Positions 41,386 through 52,012 of a stretch of DNA of 64,000 bases are shown here, piece by piece; the first letter of the stretch is position 1, and each line of letters opens with the position of its first letter. The DNA is taken from assembly GCA_965237415.1 (NCBI GenBank), contig CBDEFM010000002.1, positions 1,920,001 through 1,984,000 of the forward strand, in the 5' to 3' direction. Below the pieces are notes generated by a model that made no database searches, had not been told where the DNA came from, and worked only from the letters and a program-made list of their open reading frames with translations. The stretch comes from Alphaproteobacteria bacterium. GTDB lineage: Bacteria; Pseudomonadota; Alphaproteobacteria; UBA828. The translations under genes and the position numbers were made by a program.

Positions 41386-42383
41386 TGGCGGAGCGCCTGC
41401 TCGAGGTCTCCAACCTCGTGAAGCATTTTCCGATGGGTCGCCGTCAGACCGTCAAGGCGATCAATGACGTCTCGTTCCACATCGATCGGGGCGAAACCCT
41501 GGCTCTGGTGGGTGAGAGCGGCTCCGGCAAGACCACGGTGGGCCGGTGCATCCTGCGCCTGATCGAGCCCACCGAAGGTCGGATCACCTTTGCCGGCGCG
41601 CAAGTCGATACCATGTCGGCAAACCAGCTTCGTGCGCTCAGGCCGCGGGTGCAGATGGTCTTCCAGGAACCCTACGACTCGCTCAACCCGCGCATGAGAA
41701 TCCGGAAGATCGTCGAGGAGCCGATCCTCCTCGGCGGCGACATGACGCCGGTACAGCGCCACGATCGGGTCGCCGAGGTGCTTGAGATGGTGCGCCTCGG
41801 CGCTGACTCCATGGACAAGTATCCCCACCAATTCAGTGCCGGCGAGCAGCAACGCATCGGGATTGCCCGCGCCATCTCCACAGAGCCCGAGCTCGTGGTG
41901 CTGGACGAACCGACGTCAGCGCTCGACGTCTCCGTGCGCGCCGAGATTCTAGACCTGCTGACGGACCTTCAAGAAGACCTGGCGCTCTCCTATCTTCTGA
42001 TTTCGCACGACTTGACCGCGGTACGGCGCGTTTGCCACCGCGTGGCGATCATGTACCTCGGCAAGATCGTGGAGCGCGGCAATGCCGACGAGCTGTTCGA
42101 GCAGCCCCTGCATCCCCATAGCCGGGCGCTGCTTTCCTCGGTGCTCTACCCCGATCCGAGCGAGCAACTTTCGCGCTTCCTCCTGAGCGGCGAAATCCCG
42201 AGCCCGATCGACCTGCCCCCGGGTTGTCATCTCCACGGCCGCTGCCCCTGGGCTGTCGACACCTGCAACGATGCCTATCCCGATGCGGAGGAGCTGCTTC
42301 CCGGGCGCCACGTCGCGTGCTTCCGGGCGCGCGAAATGAATGCTCTGAACGGCGGTACGGCCGCCGAAAACCAAGACGCCTGA
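41385..42383 (+). CDS. Oligopeptide/dipeptide ABC ATPase (OppF/DppF-like)
   Basis: GESGSGKT, QMVFQEP, YPHQFSAGEQQR, DEPTSALD, C-terminal GC..H.RC domain. Confidence 0.9.
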   Translation: MAERLLEVSNLVKHFPMGRRQTVKAINDVSFHIDRGETLALVGESGSGKTTVGRCILRLIEPTEGRITFAGAQVDTMSANQLRALRPRVQMVFQEPYDSLNPRMRIRKIVEEPILLGGDMTPVQRHDRVAEVLEMVRLGADSMDKYPHQFSAGEQQRIGIARAISTEPELVVLDEPTSALDVSVRAEILDLLTDLQEDLALSYLLISHDLTAVRRVCHRVAIMYLGKIVERGNADELFEQPLHPHSRALLSSVLYPDPSEQLSRFLLSGEIPSPIDLPPGCHLHGRCPWAVDTCNDAYPDAEELLPGRHVACFRAREMNALNGGTAAENQDA

Positions 42384-42408
42384 CGTCGCGCGCGACCGAT
42401 CCCCTACG

Positions 42409-43854
42409 TCACGAACGGTTCCACACGCTCACCGGCGGATGCCGGCCGGCCCAGGGCTGTGCCTGCTCGAGCTGGCTCGCGAGCCTCAGAAGCACGTCCT
42501 CGCCACCCGAACGCGCACCCAGCTGGATACCGATCGGCAAGCCGTCGTCGGTCCAGTGGAGAGGCACGCTGATCGCCGGATGCCCCGAGACGTTGTAGAT
42601 CGATTGTGCCGTGTTGTAGGTCCAAAGCCGGTCGAAGAAGACCTCCGAATCGGCCATGTTAGCATCCAGATGGCCCAGCGGCGGCGGCGGGGTGGCCGTC
42701 GTGGGAGTCAGCCAGATGTCGTAATCCTCGAAGAACCGCGCGAACGCGCGGGTGATGCCGTTGATGTCATAGAGGGCACGCAGGAGATCGCTCGCAGACA
42801 GCGACCGGCCTCGTTCCATCAGGTAGAGGTTATTGCGCTCCAGATTGTCCGGCCCCGGCGTCCGCCCGACGGCGGCGGCGAGAGCTTCGATCGTCGGAGC
42901 CGAATGAGCCGCGAAGAGCGTCATGAAAATCTCGAGCAGGCGCTCGCGATCGTACCCCGGTTCGGCCGGCTCCACCTCGTGACCGAGCCCTTCGAGCAGC
43001 GTGGCCGCCCCTTCCATCGCGGCAATGCTCTCGGGGTGGGCGACCTTGCCGGGCGGCGTGCCGGGCGAGAAGCCGACCCGGAGCGGGCCGGGGTCCACAC
43101 CCACCTCTTCGATAAAGGGACGCGCCGGCGGCGGCGCGACGTAGGGGTCGCCCACGTCCGCGCCGGCCGTGCAATCCAGGATCAGCGCCGTATCCCGAAC
43201 CGTCCGGCTGACCACATGCTCGGCGACGAGGCCGTTCCACATCTCGCCCGCGTCGGGCCCGAGCGGGTTCCGTCCCCGCGTCGGCTTGAGACCGACCACG
43301 CCGCAGTTCGACGCCGGGCCGCGGATCGAGCCACCGCCGTCGCTCGCATGCGCTGCCGGCACGATCCCTGCCGCGACGGCCGCGGCCGAACCGCCGCTCG
43401 AGCCGCCCGTGCTATGGCCGAGGTTCCAGGGATTGCAGCTTGCACCGTAGGCGACGGGTTCGGTGGAGCCGTTCGAGCCGAGCTCCGGCGTGTTCGTCTT
43501 GCCGACAACAACGAGCCCAGCGCGCTTCCACCGCACCAGGATCTCGCTGTCGTAATCGCGGGTCCAGCCGTCGAGGAGGCGGCTGCCGCTGCTGGTGGGG
43601 ACGCCCGCGTAGGAGACGACGAGGTCCTTGAGTAGGATGGGCACGCCGGTGAGCGGCCCCTCGGGGAGCGGTGCGGCCACCGCGGCCCGCGCCTCGTCCG
43701 CCATCACGTTGACGACGGCGTTGAGCTCGCCATCCAGCGCGTCGATGGCCGCGAGCGCGTGCTCCACGAGCTCGCTCGCCGAGGCATCGCCGCGCCGGAC
43801 GAGTTCGGCAAGGGCGATCGCGTCGTGGTTCGCATAGTCGATCAGGGTCTGCAT
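42409..43854 (-). CDS. Amidase signature family protein
   Basis: [50 protein letters not shown]. Confidence 0.92.
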   Translation of the reverse strand: MQTLIDYANHDAIALAELVRRGDASASELVEHALAAIDALDGELNAVVNVMADEARAAVAAPLPEGPLTGVPILLKDLVVSYAGVPTSSGSRLLDGWTRDYDSEILVRWKRAGLVVVGKTNTPELGSNGSTEPVAYGASCNPWNLGHSTGGSSGGSAAAVAAGIVPAAHASDGGGSIRGPASNCGVVGLKPTRGRNPLGPDAGEMWNGLVAEHVVSRTVRDTALILDCTAGADVGDPYVAPPPARPFIEEVGVDPGPLRVGFSPGTPPGKVAHPESIAAMEGAATLLEGLGHEVEPAEPGYDRERLLEIFMTLFAAHSAPTIEALAAAVGRTPGPDNLERNNLYLMERGRSLSASDLLRALYDINGITRAFARFFEDYDIWLTPTTATPPPPLGHLDANMADSEVFFDRLWTYNTAQSIYNVSGHPAISVPLHWTDDGLPIGIQLGARSGGEDVLLRLASQLEQAQPWAGRHPPVSVWNRS

Positions 43855-43883
43855 GGCTCCCTCCTCTCGCCCTCTCGCGCCGC

Positions 43884-44699
43884 CTATTCGTACAGCAAAC
43901 AGGCGACCCGATGGTTGCCGCCCACGTCCATCAGCGGCGGCTCGCGCTCCGAGCAGACGGGCATCCGCTTCGGACAACGTGTGTGGAAATGGCACCCCTT
44001 GGACGGATCGATGGGGCTCGGCACGTCGCCCTCGATAGCGCCCTGACCCGCAATGTGCCGCTCGGTCGGCTCGGCCGAGGGAATGGATTCGAGCAGGGCC
44101 TGGGTGTAGGGGTGCAGCGGCTCATCGTAGAGGCGCTCGCTCTCCGCCAACTCCACGATCCTGCCGAGATACATCACGGCGGTCCGGTCGCAGACCCGCT
44201 TCACGACGCTGAGGTCGTGCGAGATGAAGATGTAGGTGAGCTGGTAGTCCTGCTGGAGCTCCAGCAGGAGCTGCAGGATCTGAGCACGGATCGACACATC
44301 GAGAGCGGAGACCGGCTCGTCGAAGATGATGAGCTTGGGGCGGAGGTGCAGCGCGCGGGCGATGGCGACGCGCTGGCACTGGCCGCCCGAGAACTCGTGA
44401 GGATAGCGGTCGTAGTCGGCCGCGCGCAGACCCACGACCTCCAAGAGCTCGCTGGCCTGCTGGATCCGTTCCAGGCGGTTGCCGATGCCGTGGTAGTAGA
44501 GCTGGATCGCGATATTCTCGCCCACCGTCATGCGCGGATTGAGTGAGGAGAGCGGGTCCTGAAAGACGATCTGCATCTCGCGCCTGAGCCGCCTCAGGTC
44601 GCCGCCCGAAGAGCCCAGAACGTCGACCCCGTCGAGCGTGACGCTGCCGCTGGTGGGCTCGATCAGACGCAAGATCAGCCGTGCCGTGGTGGACTTGCC
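43884..44699 (-). pseudogene. 5'-truncated oligopeptide ABC ATPase (OppF-like)
   Basis: Starts mid-Walker A (GKSTTAR), fused directly to SBP sequence; rest intact (YPHEFSGGQCQR, DEPVSALD). Confidence 0.85.
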
Positions 44700-45730
44700 G
44701 GCGAGAGCATGCCGTACTCGGCCCGGCCCGTGCCGGCGAAGATCTCCCGCACCAGACTCTCGCGGTCGATGGCCATGTTCATGGCGCGGCGTACGCGCAC
44801 GTCCTGCAGGATCGGGTGCCTGTTGTTCAGATGAATGAACCAGATGAAGGGCACGTTCTCATTGATGGTGAGATGGAAGCCCTCATCGACCAGGTCCTGA
44901 ATGTCGTCCCAGGGCGGCGTGTTGGTCATGTCGATCTCGCCCGTGCGCAGCGCGTTAATGCGCGTCGCGGGGTCCTCGAGCGGGCGGAAAATAACCCGGT
45001 CGAGCTTCGCCTTGCGGCCCCAATAGTCCGGGTTGCGCTCGATGACCGTCTTCACGCCCTGCTCGCGCTCGACGAACTTGAAGGGCCCGGTGCCGATCGG
45101 GTTCAGCGCAACGCCTTCGTTCCCGAACGTCTCGACCGCAGTCGGGCTGATCATGAGCGGCTGGCCGTAGCTCTGGAGCCCCGAGCGGATCCATTCATAG
45201 TTGGGGGCGTTGAGCGTGACCTTGATCGTCATGTCGTCGATCGCTTCGACGTTCTCGATCCAGCGTGTGTAGGCGGCGACGAAGGCCTTCGACTTTGCGT
45301 AGAAGTGCGGCGAGGCTTCGTTCCAGAAGCGGTCGAAGTTGAACTTGGCTACGGCCGCATCGAACGGCGTGCCGTCGTGGAACTTGACGCCCTCGCGCAG
45401 GTAGAACGTGTATTCGAGACCGTCTTCCGAGATTTCCCAGCTCGTTGCGAGCGCCGGGATGAGCTCGGGCGTCGCTGCGTTAGGATCGGTCAGGTCTTCT
45501 TTCGCGAAGCTCTCGAATATCTGATACGTCACGTCGTAGGTGAGCCTCCCGCCGGTGGCGTGCGGGTCGAGGATGTCGGTCTCCGCAGGCATGCCCCAGA
45601 CCAGCGTGCCCTCGCCGCCCTCGGCGGCGGCGTCCTGGGCGGTGCCGACCAGCGCCACGGCACCCGCAATCGCAAGCGATGCCAGAGGAGGCCCCAAACC
45701 GCCGCAGTGCCCGTTGGCTGTTCCGGTCTG
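44700..45730 (-). pseudogene. 3'-truncated peptide ABC substrate-binding protein (family 5)
   Basis: Signal-like N-terminus, PALATSWEIS.DGLEYTFYLREGVKFHDGTPF, PIGTGPFKF, VRRAMNMAIDR; ends after EYGMLSP; 5' boundary approximate. Confidence 0.85.
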
Positions 45731-45850
45731 GCTCGCTCCGGGGCGTCGTCGTGATAGGCGTGATATGGTGGGGAAGCGTGCGCCGCGCCGTGCAAGCGGG
45801 CGATATCTTTGGGCGCTCGACACGTTGCTGAACGCTGAGAGGACGAATCG

Positions 45851-46519
45851 ATGGAACTGTACGAGGCCATGCGCACGACATTCGCCTGCCGCGACTTTAC
45901 CGACGATCACCTGCCTGACGAGGTGATCTACGAGATGATCGAGAACGCCCGCTTTTCGCCGAGCGGGGGCAACCGTCAGGGCAACCGGGTCATCATCGTG
46001 CGCGACATGGCGACCAGGCAGCAGCTCTCCGACCTGACGGTGCCGGTGGCGAAGCGCTATCGCGCCCAGATGGACGCCGGCGAGAGTCCCTGGAACGCCT
46101 ACGTTCCGACCAAGCTCACGCCTGAGCAGATCGAGGCGACTCCGGCGCCGGCCATGCTGACCGAGCCGCTACTCAAGTCCTCCGTCGTGCTCGTCGTCTG
46201 CGTCGACCTCAAGGTCGTCGCCGCGACCGACCAGTATCTGGACCGCGTGGGTGTGATCGGCGGGGCCTCGATCTATCCCTTCGCCTGGAGCCTGCTGCTG
46301 GCGGCCCGGCAGAACGGGTTCGCCGGCACCATCACGACGCTCCCCATCGCCCACGAGCCCGAGATCAAGACGCTGCTCAACATCCCGGACGATCACGCGG
46401 TCTGCGCGGTCATGCCCTTCGGGCGCCCGGTCAAGCAGCTCACCAAGCTGAAGCGCCGCCCGGTGGAGGAGATCGCAACGCGCGAGCGCTTCGACGGCGA
46501 CGTCTTCGCGCAGGGCTGA
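45851..46519 (+). CDS. Nitroreductase family protein
   Basis: MELYEAMRTT..CR.F, FSPSGGNRQ, ASIYP, LLLAAR..G. Confidence 0.9.
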   Translation: MELYEAMRTTFACRDFTDDHLPDEVIYEMIENARFSPSGGNRQGNRVIIVRDMATRQQLSDLTVPVAKRYRAQMDAGESPWNAYVPTKLTPEQIEATPAPAMLTEPLLKSSVVLVVCVDLKVVAATDQYLDRVGVIGGASIYPFAWSLLLAARQNGFAGTITTLPIAHEPEIKTLLNIPDDHAVCAVMPFGRPVKQLTKLKRRPVEEIATRERFDGDVFAQG

Positions 46520-46558
46520 CGCAGGACGCCTCGGCGCTAACGCAGGACGCAGACGCGA

Positions 46559-46592
46559 CGAGACCCCGCAGGCATTGCCTTGCGGGGTCTCG
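46559..46592. terminator. Hairpin between convergent nitroreductase and tRNA-Asn
   Basis: cgagaccccgca-10 nt-tgcggggtctcg, perfect 12-bp stem. Confidence 0.55.
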
Positions 46593-46630
46593 CTTCGACC
46601 GGCGGACCGCCTGCTCCGGCGGTCGGAAAC

Positions 46631-46706
46631 TGGCTCCCCGGGCCGGACTCGAACCAGCGACCCAGCGGTTAACAGCCGCTTGCTCTACCAACTGAGCTAC
46701 CGGGGA
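46631..46706 (-). tRNA. tRNA-Asn(GTT)
   Basis: TCCCCGG..AGCTCAGTTGGTAGAGC..GCGG-CTGTTAA-CCGC..GGTTCGAGTCC..CCGGGGA-GCCA. Confidence 0.96.
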
Positions 46707-46860
46707 TCATTCGTCGCCTCTTGGCCGCTCACCTCCCGGCCGAACGCCCATCTCGGCTCTATATAGCATCAAGAACGCCGCCATTCCAGACGCCCTACGT
46801 GCTGACCCTTAGTGGATCCGGCGTTCCCGGTGCCGGAGTTCTCGCGGTGCCAATACCGCT

Positions 46861-47547
46861 TCAGGCTGACACTGCAGCGGGGCGTGAGGGGCGAGTCTGT
46901 TCCAGCTCCTGAACAAGCTCTGCCGTGGTTCGGACCCGGCAATAGCCCCTGAAACCGTGCAGGGCTTCGCGGTGACGTTCGTCCGAATACGCGGCGCACG
47001 CGTCGTCGACCAAGGTCATCAGGAACCCGCGGTCGCAACCGTCACGAACGGCCGTTTCGACGCATTGGTCGGTCAGCATCCCCATGACCATCACGTACTC
47101 GATGCCGAGGTTGCGCAGCACGTACTCGCAGTTGGTCGAGTTGAACAGGCTCGAGGAGGTCTTGGGGATGACGATCTCGTCGTTTCCCGGACGCAACTCG
47201 TCGATGACCTCTGCTTCCCATGACCCCTTGGCGGCGAAGATCCCGGAAATCTTGTAGTCCAGGCTGCGGTCGCGGCCGTCCCGGGTCAGGCACTCGATCA
47301 CCGTGTAGATGACTTCGATACCGGCGTCGCGGCAGGCGGCGATCAGGCGTTGCCCGTTCGGGATGACGACGTCGCGAACCCGGTCGTAGAGGTACTGGCT
47401 GTTGGGGTTCTGTGTGGGCCTCTTTGCATTGTATTCGCCCTTCTGAAGATCGACGACGAGCAGAGCGGCCCGCTCGGGCTCGACCGCCCGCTGCCGAAAC
47501 GACACGTCGCCTTCCAGGGGAATTGCTTCGATTTCGCTGCGCTCCAT
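46861..47547 (-). CDS. Isochorismatase-family cysteine hydrolase
   Basis: ALLVVDLQ, IPKTSSSLF, TDQCVET (D-K-C triad). Confidence 0.9.
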   Translation of the reverse strand: MERSEIEAIPLEGDVSFRQRAVEPERAALLVVDLQKGEYNAKRPTQNPNSQYLYDRVRDVVIPNGQRLIAACRDAGIEVIYTVIECLTRDGRDRSLDYKISGIFAAKGSWEAEVIDELRPGNDEIVIPKTSSSLFNSTNCEYVLRNLGIEYVMVMGMLTDQCVETAVRDGCDRGFLMTLVDDACAAYSDERHREALHGFRGYCRVRTTAELVQELEQTRPSRPAAVSA

Positions 47548-47643
47548 GTGTGTCGTCTCCCATTCTTGAGGCCGGGTCGCCCGCCTCTGTCCGATCACGA
47601 CGAAGGGCCGTACCGCGACCGCCGGCATGAATTCCTGGTTCCG

Positions 47644-48957
47644 TCAGTAAACCTGCACGTATCTCTCGCACATGCGCTCGGATCGCGACTCTGTGTAGAG
47701 CCGCATTTCGTGCCGTTTGAGCGCGGAATAGGCCTGCACCATCGTGGGCGTGAACCAGCTCTTCACGCTCTCGTCGATCTCGAACACGTCGAGAGCCTCT
47801 TCGAGCGAGGCGGGAAGCCTGCTGATTCCGAGCGCTCCTCTTTCGTCTTCGCTCAAATCGTCCGGTTCCCCATTCACCAGGGTCGGGCGTGGCAGCTTGT
47901 CGCGTATTCCCTGCAGGCCCGCGCGCACGATGACGCCGATGGCGAGGTAAGGGCTCGCGGTGGCATCGGTGAAGCGGAACTCGATGTTGAATGCGTCGCC
48001 GCGGTCCGCCGGATCGGGGGCCGGCGACGGGCAGATGCGAATGGCGGCCTCCCGATTCTGAACGCCGACCACGTCGTAGCCGCAGCTCCAGTGATGGGGG
48101 CCGAGGCGCAGATAGGAAATGGGGCTCGGTGCAGTCAGGGCGCAAAGGGCCGCGACGTGGCGCTGAACGCCCGCGACGAAGCTGGCGGCGACCGCGCTGA
48201 GCTCTCCCGGTGAATCGGCGTCGTAGGCAGCAGCGTTGCCGTCGGCATCCCAAAAGCTCATATGAAGGTGGCAGCCGTTGCCGACCGCATCCGGGGCCGG
48301 CTTGGGGGAGAATGTCGCGCGCAGCCCGCACTGGCGCGCGGCCTCGTGCACGACCTCGCGGGTGAGCACGACACGATCCGCGCCCGCGAGACCCGCAGCA
48401 GGCCCGCAGGTGATCTCGAATTGCCCCACGCCATACTCGGGCTCGAAGGTCTCGATCCCGGCTCCGGCGTCGATCAAGGCCGCCACACAAAGATCGGCGA
48501 ACGGCGCAATCCGACGCACCGCATCCAGCGAGAACGGGGCCGCCCAGCGCAGATCCTCGCCGAAGAGCGCGAACTCGTTCTCGTAGGCGATCTGCAGGTC
48601 GAAACCGGTTTCCGCCTTCAGATCCGCCAGCGCGGCGGCCAGGAAGCTGCGCGTGCAGCATTCCCACGGGCTCCCGTCCGGATTGAGACTGTCGCAGAGG
48701 ACCAGATGAAGGGGCGGATGCTCGGGCCGCAGTACAACTCGTCGCCGCGTCTCGTCATCGGGGGTCTGCCGTACCTCATCCATCGGCCCCCACGGGTTCT
48801 CGGCAATGTCCTCGAACGGAGTCATCGCCTGCCCTGCCAGCGCCCAACCGAGGCCGTGGGCCTTGCGGCGCTCATACTCCGCGATCGGTACGCCGCGGGT
48901 GCGCGAGAGCCCCACGAGGTCGTTCCAGACCAGATAGATCAGCTCGCCGCGGCTCAC
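47644..48957 (-). CDS. Glutamine synthetase-like protein (probable gamma-glutamyl-amine ligase)
   Basis: EPEYGVGQFE, PKP..DAVGNGCHLHMS, NREAAIR, NIEFRF.DATASPYL; GTG start after GGAGG. Confidence 0.88.
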   Translation of the reverse strand: MSRGELIYLVWNDLVGLSRTRGVPIAEYERRKAHGLGWALAGQAMTPFEDIAENPWGPMDEVRQTPDDETRRRVVLRPEHPPLHLVLCDSLNPDGSPWECCTRSFLAAALADLKAETGFDLQIAYENEFALFGEDLRWAAPFSLDAVRRIAPFADLCVAALIDAGAGIETFEPEYGVGQFEITCGPAAGLAGADRVVLTREVVHEAARQCGLRATFSPKPAPDAVGNGCHLHMSFWDADGNAAAYDADSPGELSAVAASFVAGVQRHVAALCALTAPSPISYLRLGPHHWSCGYDVVGVQNREAAIRICPSPAPDPADRGDAFNIEFRFTDATASPYLAIGVIVRAGLQGIRDKLPRPTLVNGEPDDLSEDERGALGISRLPASLEEALDVFEIDESVKSWFTPTMVQAYSALKRHEMRLYTESRSERMCERYVQVY

Positions 48958-49137
48958 GGTCTTTGTTCCTCCGGACGCTGATGTATGACGTCTCCGAGGG
49001 TTGCGCCTGGATCGGTCATGGCTGCTCCGGCCGGTGTGCAATGGCTGTCGAACTAATAGAGATGTGTCGCAACGATGTAAAAGACCTCGGGTGTCGAGCC
49101 CACGTCCTTGCACCGCGAACGCGCCGAGGAATTCTGG

Positions 49138-49959
49138 CTAGTGCGCCATCAGGACCGGGACTGTCATCTCGCGCAAGACGTCGCGCGTCACGCCACCCAG
49201 CAGCTTCTCGCGCATTGGGTTATGACCGTAGCCACCCATGACGAGGAGGCCGATGCCGCAATCGCCGATCTCGGAGAGCAGGGCATCGCCGATGGCGATG
49301 CCAGACGAGGTCTGCGTGTGCCGGGCCTCCGCGCTGACGCCATGCCGAGCCAAGTGCGCGCCGATGTCGGCGCCCGGTATGTGCCTGCCGTCGTCCATGT
49401 CGACGCCGAAGACGATCACTTTGCGCGCCTGCTGCATCAGGGGCAGCGCACCGTCGAGTGCGTGCTTCGCTTCGCGCGTACCGTTCCAGGCGAGCATGAT
49501 GGTTGCCGCGTTGACGTCGAACTCGCCGGCATAGGGCCAGATCAGCACGGGGCCGCCTGCGCCCAGCACCGCGCTGTCCGCCAGCCCGCCGAGGCTGTCG
49601 TCATCCTTAGGGTCGGTTTGGCCGACGATGACAATGTCGGCATAGTGCGCACTCGTCACGATGGCATCGGCTAAATCGCCGGCCATAAGGCGCCATTCGC
49701 CGCGCACCGCCGTCCTCGCCGTCCGTTCGGCGAAGCGTTCTTCGGCCTCTTCGGCGAGCCTGCGCTCTTCCGTATCCAGCCGTTTCTGGATCTCTGGAGG
49801 GAATTCGCAGCGGATGAAGCCAGGGATGTTGCGTCGGGACAACACATAGACGCCGGTTACCCTGCCCTCATGACGTTGGGCCAACTGAATTGCGGCATTC
49901 AGCCGTGCCGCCGACCGGTTGTCCTTTCCAAGCTGCACCACGATGTCCTTGTACGCCAT
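49138..49959 (-). CDS. Universal stress protein (tandem USP)
   Basis: MAYKDIVV, ADIVIVGQ, AWNGTREA, LLVMGGYGH..REKLLGGVT..PVLMAH. Confidence 0.92.
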   Translation of the reverse strand: MAYKDIVVQLGKDNRSAARLNAAIQLAQRHEGRVTGVYVLSRRNIPGFIRCEFPPEIQKRLDTEERRLAEEAEERFAERTARTAVRGEWRLMAGDLADAIVTSAHYADIVIVGQTDPKDDDSLGGLADSAVLGAGGPVLIWPYAGEFDVNAATIMLAWNGTREAKHALDGALPLMQQARKVIVFGVDMDDGRHIPGADIGAHLARHGVSAEARHTQTSSGIAIGDALLSEIGDCGIGLLVMGGYGHNPMREKLLGGVTRDVLREMTVPVLMAH

Positions 49960-50031
49960 GGCCTGGCCTCCTTCACCACACCGCCCATGCCCGAAGGCGT
50001 GGCGGCTCTCTCAGTTCAATCCTGGTGCCGT

Positions 50032-50973
50032 TCAGCACCGTCGGTCTGTCCATTCGATGTGATCCGGTAAAATTGGAGGGGCATCCGACGGGGCGCAGGC
50101 CGCGTCGATCTGAGAATCCGAGAGGTCGTACGCCTGACTGAGCCGGGCCCCGCCTATGTCTGCCCCGTCGAACAGCGCCCCCTGAAGCTCCGTTTCGCTG
50201 AAGTTGGTGTCGGACAGATCTGCTCCAGCAAAATTGGCATATGCGCCGTTTGCCGAGGTTATGATCGCCCCCTCCATCAGCGCATTCGAGAAGTTCGCAA
50301 CGAGAAACTCGGCGCCCGCTAGATTGGCTCGCTCCAGATCTGCCCCGTGAAGAACCGCGCCCACGAGGTCGGAATCGGCGAGGTTCGACTCGCAAAGATT
50401 TGCCTCTTCGAGATTTGCGCGCGTGAAGACCGCTCCGCTCAGATTCGCACCGAATAGATCGGCGCCGCTGAGGTCCGCCTCGATAAGGATCGCGTTCTCC
50501 AGATTGGCCCACCTCAAGTCCGCGCCAGCCAGAATGGCTCCACGGAGGTCCGCACCGCTAAGGTCAATCTCCTTCATTGCCACGCCGTCGCGCGCCAGCG
50601 CTTCGACACCCGCCTTCAGCGCTCGCGCTCCTTTCCCTTCCGGGAGCGCATAGGCTCGCGCGATCATCGCGAACAATGTCGCTTCGCGAACGCCGCGATC
50701 GATCGGTCGCTTCTCCATGTCCATGGTCACGCCGTAGATGCCAAACGCGAACAGCATGACGGCAGACAACTGAAGGAGGAATCGAAAACTGGCGATGTTG
50801 CCGTACAGGTAATAGTACCAACCGGTTGCGTATTCGAATCCGTACAAAGCGACTGCCATGGATGTCTTAAAACTATTTTTCCTTCGCCAGTTTCGTGGCC
50901 AATTTGGCCTCGTTTCACCTGGCTTCGTGCGCACACGGTTGCCCGTGTTCTCTATGTCAGCCGGTTTCTCCAT
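50032..50973 (-). CDS. Membrane-anchored pentapeptide-repeat protein (start uncertain)
   Basis: Hydrophobic segment followed by many A(D/N)LxG pentapeptides (DLSGADLRGAILAGADLRWANLENA...). Confidence 0.85.
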   Translation of the reverse strand: MEKPADIENTGNRVRTKPGETRPNWPRNWRRKNSFKTSMAVALYGFEYATGWYYYLYGNIASFRFLLQLSAVMLFAFGIYGVTMDMEKRPIDRGVREATLFAMIARAYALPEGKGARALKAGVEALARDGVAMKEIDLSGADLRGAILAGADLRWANLENAILIEADLSGADLFGANLSGAVFTRANLEEANLCESNLADSDLVGAVLHGADLERANLAGAEFLVANFSNALMEGAIITSANGAYANFAGADLSDTNFSETELQGALFDGADIGGARLSQAYDLSDSQIDAACAPSDAPPILPDHIEWTDRRC

Positions 50974-52012
50974 CGGATTTGCGCATGGGCAGCATGGGCC
51001 GGGCCGGCGCGGACGCGTATGGCGTTCGCTACACGCCGCCCGAAAATCGGTTTCGAATGCCGCCACACCCTCATGTGCCGTGCGCCCTTCTCATGCTCTC
51101 TTACCGTGAGATGGTGGCAGGTGGGCACCGCCGCAAGGGCGGGCAGCCACCGCAGAGAGCCACACCCACTGTTCGGCCCGCAGGGACGTACGAGCCTCAA
51201 GAGCGGAGGGCGCGCCGAAACTCATCGGCCGCGCGCAACCATGCCCAAGGCGCTTCCACCAGGACTCACGCGCCGATTGACGCACGGGCTCCGCAGGTTG
51301 CGTACCCGCGCGCCGAGCGGCTTCGGGCCTTGAGCGTGTCGGCGGCGACGTTCTCGGGCAACCATGGGCACCGCGCATCCCGGCGCTCCAGCCCGTCCTG
51401 AAGCATCTGCGTCTTGCGGTCCCGCGGCGACGTCGCTCGGCTCACCGCGATGTCGCCTCGCGGAGACGCCGGGCCGGGCAACGCCTGTACCGCCTACTCC
51501 CGAATCATCAAATGCTGGTGACGCAGTCCAAAATGTGGTTGACACCACAATTGTCCCATAACAGGATTGATGCGTACTCGCTGGCCCGACGAAAGGCCAA
51601 GCACACCGATGTGGCCTGGGAAAGGAGCATGGTGCAGTTCACGAGGCCACTGTGGAACCAATTGTCCGGTGGCGACTCTCAGTTCGCCAACTCGGTCGCG
51701 TTTAACGGTAACCGTTTCGGCTCCGACTTCGCTGTTAATCGTGTGTTCGACGATTCTATAATTGGAATTCCAGGACGAACGGCTCAACGCGCCGCGGCGG
51801 CGGCTTTGAGTGCTTGCAAGCGGTATAGGGACGTCAGCGGTGCGCGCTAATTCGAGCCCGTGCGACGAATTCTACTTTTCTTCGAATGTAAGGAATTATC
51901 AACGCCAGAGTGACAGTCCATCGCAAGTGGAACGTTTGCGTTTGTGGCGGGTTTCACACGGCAAAATCCGTGGGAGAAATGAGGGATTACCCGCATCCGG
52001 GTGGGCATTTGA

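Noticed and set aside
46519-46550. Direct repeat acgcaggacgc x2 next to tRNA-Asn as att site or CRISPR remnant
   Set aside because: Only 11 nt, unrelated to the tRNA 3' end, with no integrase or cas genes
51494-51850. Overlapping ORFs of 97 and 112 aa upstream of the pot-like operon
   Set aside because: No motif, SD or codon-bias support; more likely a regulatory region, though a small gene cannot be excluded
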